Below are positions 9,083 to 18,125 of a stretch of 64,000 nucleotides of DNA, in pieces. The translations under genes and the position numbers were made by a program. The notes under the pieces are model-generated. The model was not told where the DNA came from. It saw only the letters and a list, made by a program, of their open reading frames with translations, and searched no databases. Source of the DNA: an uncultured Candidatus Saccharibacteria bacterium. GTDB lineage: Bacteria > Patescibacteriota > Saccharimonadia > Saccharimonadales > Saccharimonadaceae. The stretch covers positions 46 through 64,045 of the forward strand of contig CAZKNA010000001.1 in NCBI GenBank assembly GCA_964554175.1. The letters are read 5' to 3'. How positions within the stretch are numbered: the stretch's first letter is position 1; every line of letters starts with the position of its first letter.

Positions 9083-10078
9083 ATGAAAATTTTAGTCACA
9101 GGCGGAACAGGTTATATTGGCTCTCACACAGTGGTGGAATTGATTAACAATGGATACAAAGTTGAGATTCTAGATAATCTTTTTAATTCTAAGGAGACAG
9201 TTTTAGATAAAATCCAAGCACTGACAGGAGTGCGACCAGTTTTTCATAAAGTTGATCTTTTAGATTATAATGCAACTTTGAAAGTGCTTGAACGTGGTTT
9301 CAATAGTGTAATCCACTTCGCTGGGCTAAAGGCAGTGGCGGAGAGCGTGGAAAAACCGCTGTGGTATTATGAAAATAATATTGGCGGGACCTTGAATTTG
9401 CTCAAAGCGATGAAAGCGACTAGCTGTAATTCCCTGATTTTCTCTTCATCTGCGACAGTCTATGGTGATCAAGGCGTAACGCAGTTGGACGAGACAATGG
9501 AAACTGGACGCGGGATTACGAATCCTTACGGCCAGACTAAGTTTATGATTGAACAAATTCTAAAGGATGTTTGTGTGGCGGATAGTTCTTTCTCAGTGGT
9601 ACTACTGCGTTACTTTAACCCGGTTGGGGCACATCCTTCTGGGCTTCTGGGAGAAGATCCAAATGGGCGACCAAATAATTTGATGCCGATTGTAATGAAG
9701 GTTTCTACTGGAGAAATCCCGGAACTCTCGGTTTACGGCGATGATTACCCGACACCAGATGGAACTTGCATTAGGGATTATATTCACGTGGTTGACCTCG
9801 CAAAAGGCCATCTTGCGGCGCTTTCACATATGAGCGCCGGTTGTTCAATTTATAATCTCGGGACGGGGCGCGGAACTTCTGTGCTTGAGATGATTGCCGC
9901 GTTTGAGAAGGCAAGTGGAGAGAAACTACCCCATAAAATCGTGGGACGAAGAGAGGGTGATTTGCCAGAACTCTGTGCTGTGCCAGATAAGGCACTTAAT
10001 GAGCTTGAGTGGAAAGCTGAACTTAGCATAGATGATGCGATGGTGGATACGCTAAGATTTCTTGGTAAACACGAGTAG
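9083..10078 (+). CDS. galE: UDP-glucose 4-epimerase
   Basis: GGTGYIG, HFAGLKAVAES, FSSSATVYG, YGQTK, LRYFNPVGAH. Confidence 0.95.
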   Translation: MKILVTGGTGYIGSHTVVELINNGYKVEILDNLFNSKETVLDKIQALTGVRPVFHKVDLLDYNATLKVLERGFNSVIHFAGLKAVAESVEKPLWYYENNIGGTLNLLKAMKATSCNSLIFSSSATVYGDQGVTQLDETMETGRGITNPYGQTKFMIEQILKDVCVADSSFSVVLLRYFNPVGAHPSGLLGEDPNGRPNNLMPIVMKVSTGEIPELSVYGDDYPTPDGTCIRDYIHVVDLAKGHLAALSHMSAGCSIYNLGTGRGTSVLEMIAAFEKASGEKLPHKIVGRREGDLPELCAVPDKALNELEWKAELSIDDAMVDTLRFLGKHE

Positions 10079-10462
10079 CTTGCTTAAGATATAGTTTAAG
10101 ACGATGACGATAACCTGAGCAAGGGTTTTTGAAACGAGCTCGTTCATATGTAGAACTTCAATGGTAAGGTTTAGGATTAAGATTTCAATACCGAGCGTAG
10201 CCAAGCGAGCGAGCACGAACATAACGAACTCGCGGGTGGAATCTTTTTGGCCGGCAGTCTTAAAGACGAAGAAACGGCTTAAGATATAAACGAAGATAAT
10301 AGTAATGACCCAGGCGATGACGTTGCTTAGGGTAATATCAAGCTCAAGTTTTCTGAAGAGGGCGAAAGTGGCAATATTAACAACCGTGCCAAGGCCACCG
10401 GTAATGACGTAGTTGATAATTTCTTCGTATTTTTTATACAAGTTCCAGATTTTCTTGAACAT
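10052..10462 (-). CDS. GtrA family flippase-like membrane protein
   Basis: 'YKKYEEIINYVITGGLGTVVN...LNYILSKLLVF'; start moved to ATG 10462. Confidence 0.88.
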   Translation of the reverse strand: MFKKIWNLYKKYEEIINYVITGGLGTVVNIATFALFRKLELDITLSNVIAWVITIIFVYILSRFFVFKTAGQKDSTREFVMFVLARLATLGIEILILNLTIEVLHMNELVSKTLAQVIVIVLNYILSKLLVFTKKS

Positions 10463-10494
10463 AATACTATTATACCATAAGCGGACTATAAGCA

Positions 10495-10523
10495 AAGATT
10501 GCTCGGAAAAACCGGGCAATCTT
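10495..10523. terminator. Hairpin, probable terminator of 10585..11226
   Basis: AAGATTGCTCGG-AAAAA-CCGGGCAATCTT. Confidence 0.45.
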
Positions 10524-10584
10524 AGTAGCTGTTTTTGTTTATGGTTATATTATAGCTTAATAGAATTTAAAAGTCTAGTAGAAT

Positions 10585-11226
10585 TTAGAACCTGGAATAA
10601 TTTTCTGGACTTGAAAGCATACTCTGAATCAGTTGGACAGAGGCCATTTCCCATTCAGCATCCGCTTGTTCCTGACTAGAAACTGCTTGCGGGTGAGCGT
10701 AATAATATTCATAACTATCGATAGTGGTGACATAAGTTGGGCAAGAGGCCTGACATTCATAAGTCCCTTCTTTATATCTTGAGACACTACCAAGACTATT
10801 CTTGGCGAAGTCGGGAGCTATGCCGTCTCCTTCTCCATCTGTGCCACTAACAGAAACTGTCGATTCGTGGTCAAAAATTTTGATGGTGCCATCCGAGTAT
10901 TCAAACCTATCTGCGCCTTCTCCACGATAATTGTAGTGGAGATTTTTAAGATTTTCTGGAATTTTGATTTTGATGCCCCATTGACCAATATAAATATAAT
11001 CGGGGCTAGAGGTGGCCGTTTTATCATCTTCTGGTTCTGGAGTTATTGTAGGGCTGGTATTATTGGTAGCTGGCTCAGAGGGTTTATTTTTCTCGACTGC
11101 CCAGAGAATACCAAAGGTGATGGCAACGGCAATGACAAGAAGAAGGAGGACCGCCATAAAAATATTGGCTTTGTTTAGTTTCCTTTTTATAACCGGAACT
11201 GGGCTACTGTGAAAATTTTGCTCCAT
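10585..11226 (-). CDS. Membrane-anchored surface protein, unknown function
   Basis: Basic stretch + single TM + P/T linker + 'IGQWGIKIKIP' domain with Cys pair. Confidence 0.75.
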   Translation of the reverse strand: MEQNFHSSPVPVIKRKLNKANIFMAVLLLLVIAVAITFGILWAVEKNKPSEPATNNTSPTITPEPEDDKTATSSPDYIYIGQWGIKIKIPENLKNLHYNYRGEGADRFEYSDGTIKIFDHESTVSVSGTDGEGDGIAPDFAKNSLGSVSRYKEGTYECQASCPTYVTTIDSYEYYYAHPQAVSSQEQADAEWEMASVQLIQSMLSSPENYSRF

Positions 11227-11311
11227 AAGATGATAGACCTTTTTTAATTTATGAGTCTATTATAGCATAAGCATAATTTTTATGCTACTTTATGTTTTCC
11301 TTACGTACGAC

Positions 11312-11340
11312 TTGACATTTTACGATTTTTGATGTATAAT
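11312..11340 (+). promoter_or_regulatory. Consensus sigma70 promoter of TetR-like gene
   Basis: TTGACA-N17-TATAAT, 9 nt above ATG 11350. Confidence 0.8.
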
Positions 11341-11349
11341 ATATTGGTT

Positions 11350-11928
11350 ATGTTAAAAAATCCTAGTGACGGGCGGTGCCTTAAAACAAGGCAGGCAGTC
11401 GAAGATGCTTTGTATGACTTCTATTCTAATCATTCTTATTTTGAAAAACTTACAGTCCGGGGGCTTTGTCGAGAAGCAAAAATCTCGGCACCGGCATTCT
11501 ACCGGAACTACCGCGGGGTTTATGATGTGGTGCGGGCAAAAGACGAGAAAATTCGGACGGGACTTTTAGGAGCTGTCGGGGAGGAAAGTTCTTTACTGGT
11601 TGGGTTAGTGCGTTTATTCAATTTTGTGAGAAAAAATGATTCTTATTTTCGTATTAATTTTCTTCAAGAACGCGGTACGCCATTCGAAATTATTTTGAAA
11701 ATTTTTGAGCCAAAAATTTTGCGATTTATACGGACGGAGAGAAGGGTGCGACGCTCTGAAAAAGTGGACCAGCGAATTTGTGACGAGGTTAAAAACTATT
11801 TGGTTTTTAGGCTAACTTGGTGGATAGAAAAAGATGGTTTTGATGATGAAAAATCTATGGAAAGAATCAACGAGATTGTAGCCTATGCTAAGGGACGGAT
11901 TTTAGAAATGGAAAAGAGGCCTTCTTAA
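11350..11928 (+). CDS. TetR/AcrR family transcriptional regulator
   Basis: 'DGRCLKTRQAV...LTVRGLCREAKISAPAFYRNY' HTH. Confidence 0.8.
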   Translation: MLKNPSDGRCLKTRQAVEDALYDFYSNHSYFEKLTVRGLCREAKISAPAFYRNYRGVYDVVRAKDEKIRTGLLGAVGEESSLLVGLVRLFNFVRKNDSYFRINFLQERGTPFEIILKIFEPKILRFIRTERRVRRSEKVDQRICDEVKNYLVFRLTWWIEKDGFDDEKSMERINEIVAYAKGRILEMEKRPS

Positions 11929-12852
11929 TTATTTGCGAAATTTTACCAGAATTGTGGCTGGGAAAAGCCAGAAGAAATTAGCATATTTTAATTTCTGGCT
12001 AAACTTTTGGTTGCTACGAGCAACGGCAAAGGCATGAGAAATATGGAAGCGGATTTTTAAATGACGGAGGAGTCTTCTGTCTTTTCTAGTGACAGGACCG
12101 TTTGTTTTTGCAAAATTTTGAAAATCTTTGTAGCTATCGAGCCAGTTTTTCCAAATGAGCGACGACTCGCGGACAGTACTAGTCTCGGTGCCGTAGTGAT
12201 AAAGATATGTCGCTTCAAGAACATAGCTGATTTTTAGTTCATTGTTTTTAATTAATGTAGTTAAATAATCCAGGACAAACTTGGTATCTTCGGCAAATTT
12301 TTTGTGAGTATCAAATTCGATATTCCCCTTTTTGATAATATCGTTTCGGAAAGCTTTGTTGGTAGCGGATTAGAGGCGTCAGTCTTTGACATCCTGGCGT
12401 ATAATGTAGGATAAATAAGTATCTTTTGGCTTTCTGGAAACGGGTGGGTTGACATAGGTATCGTGAGACTTGTCATTGTAAACGCGGTGGTAGCGGTAGC
12501 CACAAGAAACTAGGCCAGTACCCTTCTCGTATTCGGCGGTGAGTTTAGTGAAATGGGCCTTTAGAATATCGTCGTCTGAATCAATAAAGAAAATGTATTT
12601 ACCAGTCGCCTTTTTTAGGGCTAAATTTCGTGCACTAGAGGCGCCTTGGTTTTTCTGGGAAAAGATATGGAGACGCTTATCAGTTGCGGCAATACCGCGG
12701 AGGATTTTTAAAGAGTCGTCAGTAGAGCCATCGTCAACAACAAGAATCTCAAGGTTCTGATACTGGTCGTTTTTGATAGACTCATAGAGTTTCAAAAAGG
12801 CTTCGCCAGTGTTATAGACAGGAACAACAATAGAAAGAAGTGGTTCGTTCAT
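11929..12852 (-). pseudogene. Glycosyltransferase family 2 interrupted by two in-frame stops
   Basis: SIVVPVYN/DDGSTD/FIDSDD; frame continues after TGA (12379-81) and TAA (12370-72) as SATNKAFRNDII...FAEDTKFVLDYL...KFRK* ending at 11929. Confidence 0.8.
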
Positions 12853-12856
12853 AGGA

Positions 12857-13129
12857 TTAAGCTGGCTGTCCAACCTCATAAAGTTCCTCCGGGGCGATAT
12901 CAAGTTCATCATTCCATACTACAGTTTCAGCATCAACGTGCGCCATTTTGAAAATCTTGGGCTCTTTAAGTTGCTTGAAAACGCCTTTATCTAGTAGTGG
13001 CTTACAATCATATATTTTTCTCTCGCCAGTAATAAATGTGACCAACAAAATATAATCATCTTTTGGCTCTACGTCAGTTACAATCCAACTCGGCTCGCTA
13101 ACTTTGATATTTTTTTCATTTAAACTCAT
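12857..13129 (-). CDS. DUF2442 protein (putative antitoxin/partner)
   Basis: 'LLVTFITGERKIYD...TVVWNDELDIAPEELYE'. Confidence 0.85.
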   Translation of the reverse strand: MSLNEKNIKVSEPSWIVTDVEPKDDYILLVTFITGERKIYDCKPLLDKGVFKQLKEPKIFKMAHVDAETVVWNDELDIAPEELYEVGQPA

Positions 13130-13138
13130 ATTAATTCC

Positions 13139-13396
13139 TTAACGCAAAGGTTCAATTTTAAACAACGCTTCATGCTCACTAGCGAGTTTCCAATTTGCTT
13201 CTAGATCCTCACGATGTAATTCGCACCAAGCCATAATAAGTTTGTTTTGCTTTTCTGGCATACTTCCCTCGAGAAGCTCACCATCGAAATTATACATGCC
13301 TTTATGTCCTTGGTAAATCGCGTGAAAGTGTGGCGGGTTATGATCGCTATATCTCATACTAATCAATATCCCATAGAATAAGCAGATATTTGGCAT
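13139..13396 (-). CDS. DUF4160 protein (putative toxin/partner)
   Basis: MPNICLFYGI...DHNPPHFHA...WCELHREDL...IEPL; start at ATG 13396. Confidence 0.88.
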   Translation of the reverse strand: MPNICLFYGILISMRYSDHNPPHFHAIYQGHKGMYNFDGELLEGSMPEKQNKLIMAWCELHREDLEANWKLASEHEALFKIEPLR

Positions 13397-13465
13397 AAAT
13401 TCTTCTTTTAAACCTTTCTGCGATTCCATGTTTTATATTGTAACATAAAATCGCCTTATTTACTA

Positions 13466-14128
13466 TTATCCTACAATGTCGCGGGCGAGACGACCATCTA
13501 CACCACGGAATTTCAGAGCTTTGCAAGTTTCGCGAAAAAGCGAATCGCACATATCCACGACGGTGGCGCGCCATTTGGCTCGTTTCTTGAGTTGCTTTTT
13601 TAGACAGACTAAATCTGGGCTGTAGATAACTATTAGCCCGCCAGGAAAATTTTCAAGAGCCCGATCTATGGCGGATGACGCTTCTGCTAAATTTGAAAAT
13701 TTAAGGCCAGGAGCATACCCTTCTTCGGAAATTTTGGTGCCAAAACATTCGACCTTCATTTCTTGATAGCGAGTCATCCGCCGAACAATTTGAGGGAGCA
13801 AAATGCGTGCGCTTGGTTCGTCTTTTAGAACTCTTACTAGCTCTTGGCCATAGCCGACAATTTCCTGGTCTGGATATTTATCTTTTAGAAACTGTATGCT
13901 AGATAAAGTCATTTCTGGCTCACAAAGAACAATCGCATCTACCTTGCCGAGATATGGCGAAAGCTCATCTTCGATCCATTCCCTGAGCTCCGACTCGGTC
14001 CTATATGTATATTCTTGATTGTTTTGGTTCGTCAGTTTTATGACGTCAACGGGGAGGTTATCTTCTATGATATTGCCAATGATATCTTCACTAGCTTTGC
14101 TCCCAAAAACTACTACTTGCTTTAGCAT
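13466..14128 (-). CDS. Degenerate glutamate-racemase-like protein
   Basis: Layout VVVFGS...Y..RT..E...DAIVLC...LKDKYPD..IVG follows the MurI N-domain, but DSGxGG, CNT and GCTH motifs are absent; SD AAGGAG. Confidence 0.5.
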   Translation of the reverse strand: MLKQVVVFGSKASEDIIGNIIEDNLPVDVIKLTNQNNQEYTYRTESELREWIEDELSPYLGKVDAIVLCEPEMTLSSIQFLKDKYPDQEIVGYGQELVRVLKDEPSARILLPQIVRRMTRYQEMKVECFGTKISEEGYAPGLKFSNLAEASSAIDRALENFPGGLIVIYSPDLVCLKKQLKKRAKWRATVVDMCDSLFRETCKALKFRGVDGRLARDIVG

Positions 14129-14228
14129 AAAAACTCCTTCTTACAATTCCGACCCGGCTGTCCATCCGGGTGGAACTGCCTTGAAACCATCATACCGTGC
14201 TTTTTTGTTGTGATTTATACAAAATAAT

Positions 14229-14257
14229 GAGTTACGTTACAAAGTGTAACGTAACTC
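14229..14257. repeat. 13-bp perfect inverted repeat (operator or terminator)
   Basis: GAGTTACGTTACA-AAG-TGTAACGTAACTC. Confidence 0.8.
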
Positions 14258-14325
14258 GGGAAAATAGGGGTAAAATTTAACGGTAAAATTATAGAAATCA
14301 ATGATTTTGGCTGGTTAAACCGTAT

Positions 14326-15201
14326 TTAATTCCAGGCGCCGACTTCTTGTAAAATAGTGTAAAGCTGGTAGATCTTGCCATCGGCAGACTGGGCAAAGGC
14401 CGTAACGGTGCCACCAGCAATAACAGCGCCATTGTTCACTGGGCTAGATGCTCCTTGATAGAATTTTTCAATATTCGCTAGCCCTGGAAGCTTGCCGGAA
14501 GATTTAACTTCTCTAGTTCTATGAATAGTGAGTAATGGCATATATTCGACTGTGCCATCCTCTAGTAAGAACAGAAAAACTTCATATCCAACAGCTTGAC
14601 TACTAAAGTTGGCTGCTAAAATATCTACAACATTGCTATTGAAACTTATCTCATAGGTTTGTGGTTGGTCAGAAGTTTTTTCGCTGACAAAATTAATATC
14701 GAGTGAACCCCAATCTACATAGGCATTAGCAGTTTTGTCTCCATGAGACATTACAGATATGGCAAGTCCTTCCCTTGAATAGAACCGACCTTGGGAATCG
14801 GCCCTATAGATAGTATCTTCTTGTTTATTGACTATAGCATCCTCGCTAAAAGCAAGCTCCGGGCAATTACACTCTTTATTCTCGGTTCGTTCGTCAGAAG
14901 AAGATTGACAGTCTATGGCAGAATTTGTGTTAGCGATATTAGTATCCGCAGCAGTATTAGTATTAGCATTAGAATTATTATTGTTTCCCCAAAGATAACC
15001 GAGGGCGAGAGCACCACCGACGAGAAGGAGGACAAGAATGACGAGCATGATAGCGAGGCCGACACGCTTCTTGGGCTTTGGCTCGGCTGGAAGATTTTCT
15101 AGAGGCTGAGGCGTGGGGATAGTTTCTTCCATAGGAACTTTCTCCTCGATTGTAACCTTATCTGGGGATTTGATATTAGGCTCCCTGTTTTCCTTTTCCA
15201 T
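14326..15201 (-). CDS. Membrane-anchored variable surface protein (paralog of 17181..18125)
   Basis: EPKPKKRVGLAIMLVILVLLLVGGALALGYLWG anchor + N/T-rich linker + unique domain. Confidence 0.8.
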   Translation of the reverse strand: MEKENREPNIKSPDKVTIEEKVPMEETIPTPQPLENLPAEPKPKKRVGLAIMLVILVLLLVGGALALGYLWGNNNNSNANTNTAADTNIANTNSAIDCQSSSDERTENKECNCPELAFSEDAIVNKQEDTIYRADSQGRFYSREGLAISVMSHGDKTANAYVDWGSLDINFVSEKTSDQPQTYEISFNSNVVDILAANFSSQAVGYEVFLFLLEDGTVEYMPLLTIHRTREVKSSGKLPGLANIEKFYQGASSPVNNGAVIAGGTVTAFAQSADGKIYQLYTILQEVGAWN

Positions 15202-15358
15202 AAAATATGACCTTTCTTCTTATGGTTATATTATATATCCATATCTACCTGATTACAAGTGGAGGATTATTTGTTCGGTTTTTATATAATTTATATTAGT
15301 CCTTGTAAAGCACTAGCTTCTATTTACAGCTGTGCCCATATGTGATATATTAATAAAT

Positions 15359-15985
15359 ATGAAAGCCGAGGTAAAAATTTCAGAACTCCCAACATATGTC
15401 TATATCGACAGTAGTAATATAAACTTCGCTTGCAAACGCGGTCTAGGCATTGATTTGGATTATAAAAAATTATACAAGTACTTGAAAAGAAAATATCCAC
15501 AACTTAAAAAAGTATCGTATTTTGAGGGTAGAGAAATAGAAGATGCAGAAAAGGCAAAAATTTTCAGAGCTTATGAAAAAGTCGGATATACAATGAAGAT
15601 TTTGGAACGAAAAAAGTATATCTTGCAGCCCGTTTTTCGTTATAAAAAATGCCCGAGTTGCAACCAGCGCGTAAAAATATGTACAGCCCCCAAGTCAATA
15701 AAATTAAAATCCAATATCGATGTATTCTTATGTTCAGAAATGATGTTTGATGCCCTCAAGGAAAAACGCCCTACCCACTTCATGTTATTGTCTTGTGATG
15801 GTGATTACGCAGAAATGATAAAGAAAATTATCGAAAATTGCCCAAAGGCGCATATAACTGTTCTAGCAACACCTTTCACGAAGCCGGAGAATTTCTTGTC
15901 TATTCGTTTACAGCAACTAAAAGGCGAGCTACCACGTTTTGAACTTGCAAATATAGCTAATATTAAAGATTTAATTTGCAAATAA
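15359..15985 (+). CDS. NYN domain ribonuclease with CxxC insertion
   Basis: YIDSSN, KSNIDV, LLSCDGDY; CPSC insert; start at ATG 15359. Confidence 0.85.
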   Translation: MKAEVKISELPTYVYIDSSNINFACKRGLGIDLDYKKLYKYLKRKYPQLKKVSYFEGREIEDAEKAKIFRAYEKVGYTMKILERKKYILQPVFRYKKCPSCNQRVKICTAPKSIKLKSNIDVFLCSEMMFDALKEKRPTHFMLLSCDGDYAEMIKKIIENCPKAHITVLATPFTKPENFLSIRLQQLKGELPRFELANIANIKDLICK

Positions 15986-16047
15986 ATTAGAGCCGCGCCG
16001 AAGCGAGACTCTATAACATCGGGCGCCTTGCGGACTTAAGCCCTTAT
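15986..16047 (-). ncRNA. Putative two-hairpin small RNA convergent on NYN gene
   Basis: TTGACA(16080-75)-N17-TACAAT(16057-52); GGGC..CC-GCAA-GG..GCCC and UAGAGUC-U-CGC-UUCG-GCG-C-GGCUCUA hairpins. Confidence 0.5.
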
Positions 16048-16091
16048 CATTATTGTATACTATCAGCCCCATCCTGTCAAGGAAGAAGAAT

Positions 16092-17177
16092 TTAGTAGCT
16101 TTGATTAATTTCATAGACGCGGCGGGAGAGGTCGGACATAATGTAGTCTTTGTCGGCGCGATAACCGTTGGTGGTGAGAAGTGTGAAAATGTAGGGTTTT
16201 TCGGTTAAGAAAATACCGGTTTCGTTGTAGTAGGGGCCATAGAAGCCAGCTTTAAACATGAAGTCGGGATGGCCTGGGAATTGAAGCACGCCCCACCAAC
16301 CGATGCGAAAGTGCTCGCCAAGCTCCCAGCCCATTTCTAGGTTATTCACCAAATACCAAAGATGTTTCCATTCCTTTAGCTGGTCGTTTACGGTAGTGTC
16401 GCAGAAATAATATGTGCCAGAATAAATAGAAGATGGTTTTAAGTGATATTCCATGCCAATTTCTTTGCTGTATTCTCTCAAGTTTTCAATGCTAAATTTT
16501 TCTACTAGGGAGGTGTGGGCTTCGTTTTTACTGTAAGTGATGGCGTTGATGATGAGGGCGTTGGTGTTCCAATCGAAAGTGCCGAGTTTTTCGTAGGCAT
16601 ACATGGCGTCTAGGGTCTTAACGAGTGAGGCGCCATAATAAACTCTGTCGCCTTGGTATCTATAGGTGTAACCGGTAGTGAGGTCCATATAGCCGAAGCT
16701 CATATCGAGGCCGGTGGAAGCGACATAATCTCTGAATTCATCAAAAGCCGCATCGAGATTTTGAGGACGAGTGTCAGCTAGCGGTGGTTGTGGCTCAGCG
16801 GGCTTTTCTTCTATGACTACTGGTTCTTCTGTTTTAGGCTGTTCTTCTTGATAAATTTTTTGATTCTCTGCCGGTACAATTTCGGCGGCTGGAATTTCGG
16901 CGACTTTTTCAGTAGGCTTGATGAGAAAGCGCCAAGCAACCACGCCGAGGATGACCAGCTCGATTGAAATTGCAACGATGAGAATCGGAACAAATCTTTT
17001 TTTGTGATGAGGTTCTGGTTCTGGAGTATAGATTGGCTTTTGGTTTGAAAAAGTTATGGTTCCCTGCGGGGTTTCGAAAGTGGACTCCGATATCGGCTCG
17101 GGCCTTATTACCCTCTCAAAATGGACCTCAATAATATACGGGAGATCTGGATCTCTTGAGAGGACGAGGATGCGCAT
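16092..17177 (-). CDS. Membrane-anchored serine hydrolase, class A beta-lactamase-like/PBP fold
   Basis: SxxK (ASLVKT), SxN (SKN), KAG; single TM. Confidence 0.75.
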   Translation of the reverse strand: MRILVLSRDPDLPYIIEVHFERVIRPEPISESTFETPQGTITFSNQKPIYTPEPEPHHKKRFVPILIVAISIELVILGVVAWRFLIKPTEKVAEIPAAEIVPAENQKIYQEEQPKTEEPVVIEEKPAEPQPPLADTRPQNLDAAFDEFRDYVASTGLDMSFGYMDLTTGYTYRYQGDRVYYGASLVKTLDAMYAYEKLGTFDWNTNALIINAITYSKNEAHTSLVEKFSIENLREYSKEIGMEYHLKPSSIYSGTYYFCDTTVNDQLKEWKHLWYLVNNLEMGWELGEHFRIGWWGVLQFPGHPDFMFKAGFYGPYYNETGIFLTEKPYIFTLLTTNGYRADKDYIMSDLSRRVYEINQSY

Positions 17178-17180
17178 AGG

Positions 17181-18125
17181 CTACTCTATTTTTTCGACTG
17201 CCGTCAGAACATAACTATCGCCATATGGAGACAACGTGAACTCATAAATAGCCATACTGTCTATTATTTCATTCGTTATACTATTTGGGAGGCTAATCAT
17301 CGTAATGGAATTGGAGCCAGGCTCACGCACGACTGTGCTCTTTTCTGACGGCTCTTCCATACTGGTATTTATTGTTGCAAAAGTTAACACAACAACCATA
17401 TCATTGCCGGATTTTTTCACAGTTATTATTTTGTGCGCCGCTATAATAGAGGTTATTCCCCCACCTGGGAAAATAAATTCTCTGTAAGCATCGATACTAT
17501 CATCATAAACTAAATAGAAGAAATTTTGGAAAGAGTAATTCTTTTTCTCAATTGAGCCATAATCACCAAATAATGATTTATATTTTTCATTCATCAAATC
17601 ATAGCTGACACTTTTACCGGTACATATTCCTTGTTCATACCCTTGATCAGTGCATGTGACAGTTTCTTTTTCGTTTTCATTTATTGCCTGATAAGCTAAG
17701 AAAACTTTCTGCTGTTCATCAAATTTCGAACTGAATGTGCCATAGAAGGCATTAAATGGGGCGGCTTTAGTACCATTGCCTTTGCCTATATATTTCTCTA
17801 GTATTTTTTCTGCTTCAGTAATTGCCAAAGCGCCACTTTCTGAAGATGGAGTGCTGCCATTTTCTGTTTGATTTTGAGTACTAGAATTGGACTCATTGCT
17901 ATTTGTGGTCTGGTTATTGTTCCCCTGACTGCTTTGAGAGCCGTTATTTAAGTTATTCTTTCCCCAGAGATAGCCGAGGGCGAGGGCACCGCCAACGAGA
18001 AGGAGAACGAGGACCACGAGCATGATGGTGAGGCCGACACGCTTTTTGGGCTTTGGCTCGACTGGCTGAACCACTGTCTCGGATTCAACCACGACTTCGT
18101 TAGGGGATTTGACTTCCTTTTCCAT
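17181..18125 (-). CDS. Membrane-anchored variable surface protein (paralog of 14326..15201)
   Basis: EPKPKKRVGLTIMLVVLVLLLVGGALALGYLWG anchor + N/S/Q linker + unique domain. Confidence 0.8.
   Translation of the reverse strand: MEKEVKSPNEVVVESETVVQPVEPKPKKRVGLTIMLVVLVLLLVGGALALGYLWGKNNLNNGSQSSQGNNNQTTNSNESNSSTQNQTENGSTPSSESGALAITEAEKILEKYIGKGNGTKAAPFNAFYGTFSSKFDEQQKVFLAYQAINENEKETVTCTDQGYEQGICTGKSVSYDLMNEKYKSLFGDYGSIEKKNYSFQNFFYLVYDDSIDAYREFIFPGGGITSIIAAHKIITVKKSGNDMVVVLTFATINTSMEEPSEKSTVVREPGSNSITMISLPNSITNEIIDSMAIYEFTLSPYGDSYVLTAVEKIE

Noticed and set aside
12379-12381. TGA at an expected Gly position, suggesting genetic code 25 (UGA=Gly) as in Gracilibacteria
   Set aside because: A TAA follows three codons later; other genes are full length under code 11, and several end in TGA with ATGA overlaps (7630, 28409, 34701)
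16092-17177. Beta-lactam resistance gene
   Set aside because: SxxK/SxN/KxG motifs are shared with PBP-like peptidases; membrane anchor and stalk fit a wall enzyme, and beta-lactamase activity cannot be supported from sequence
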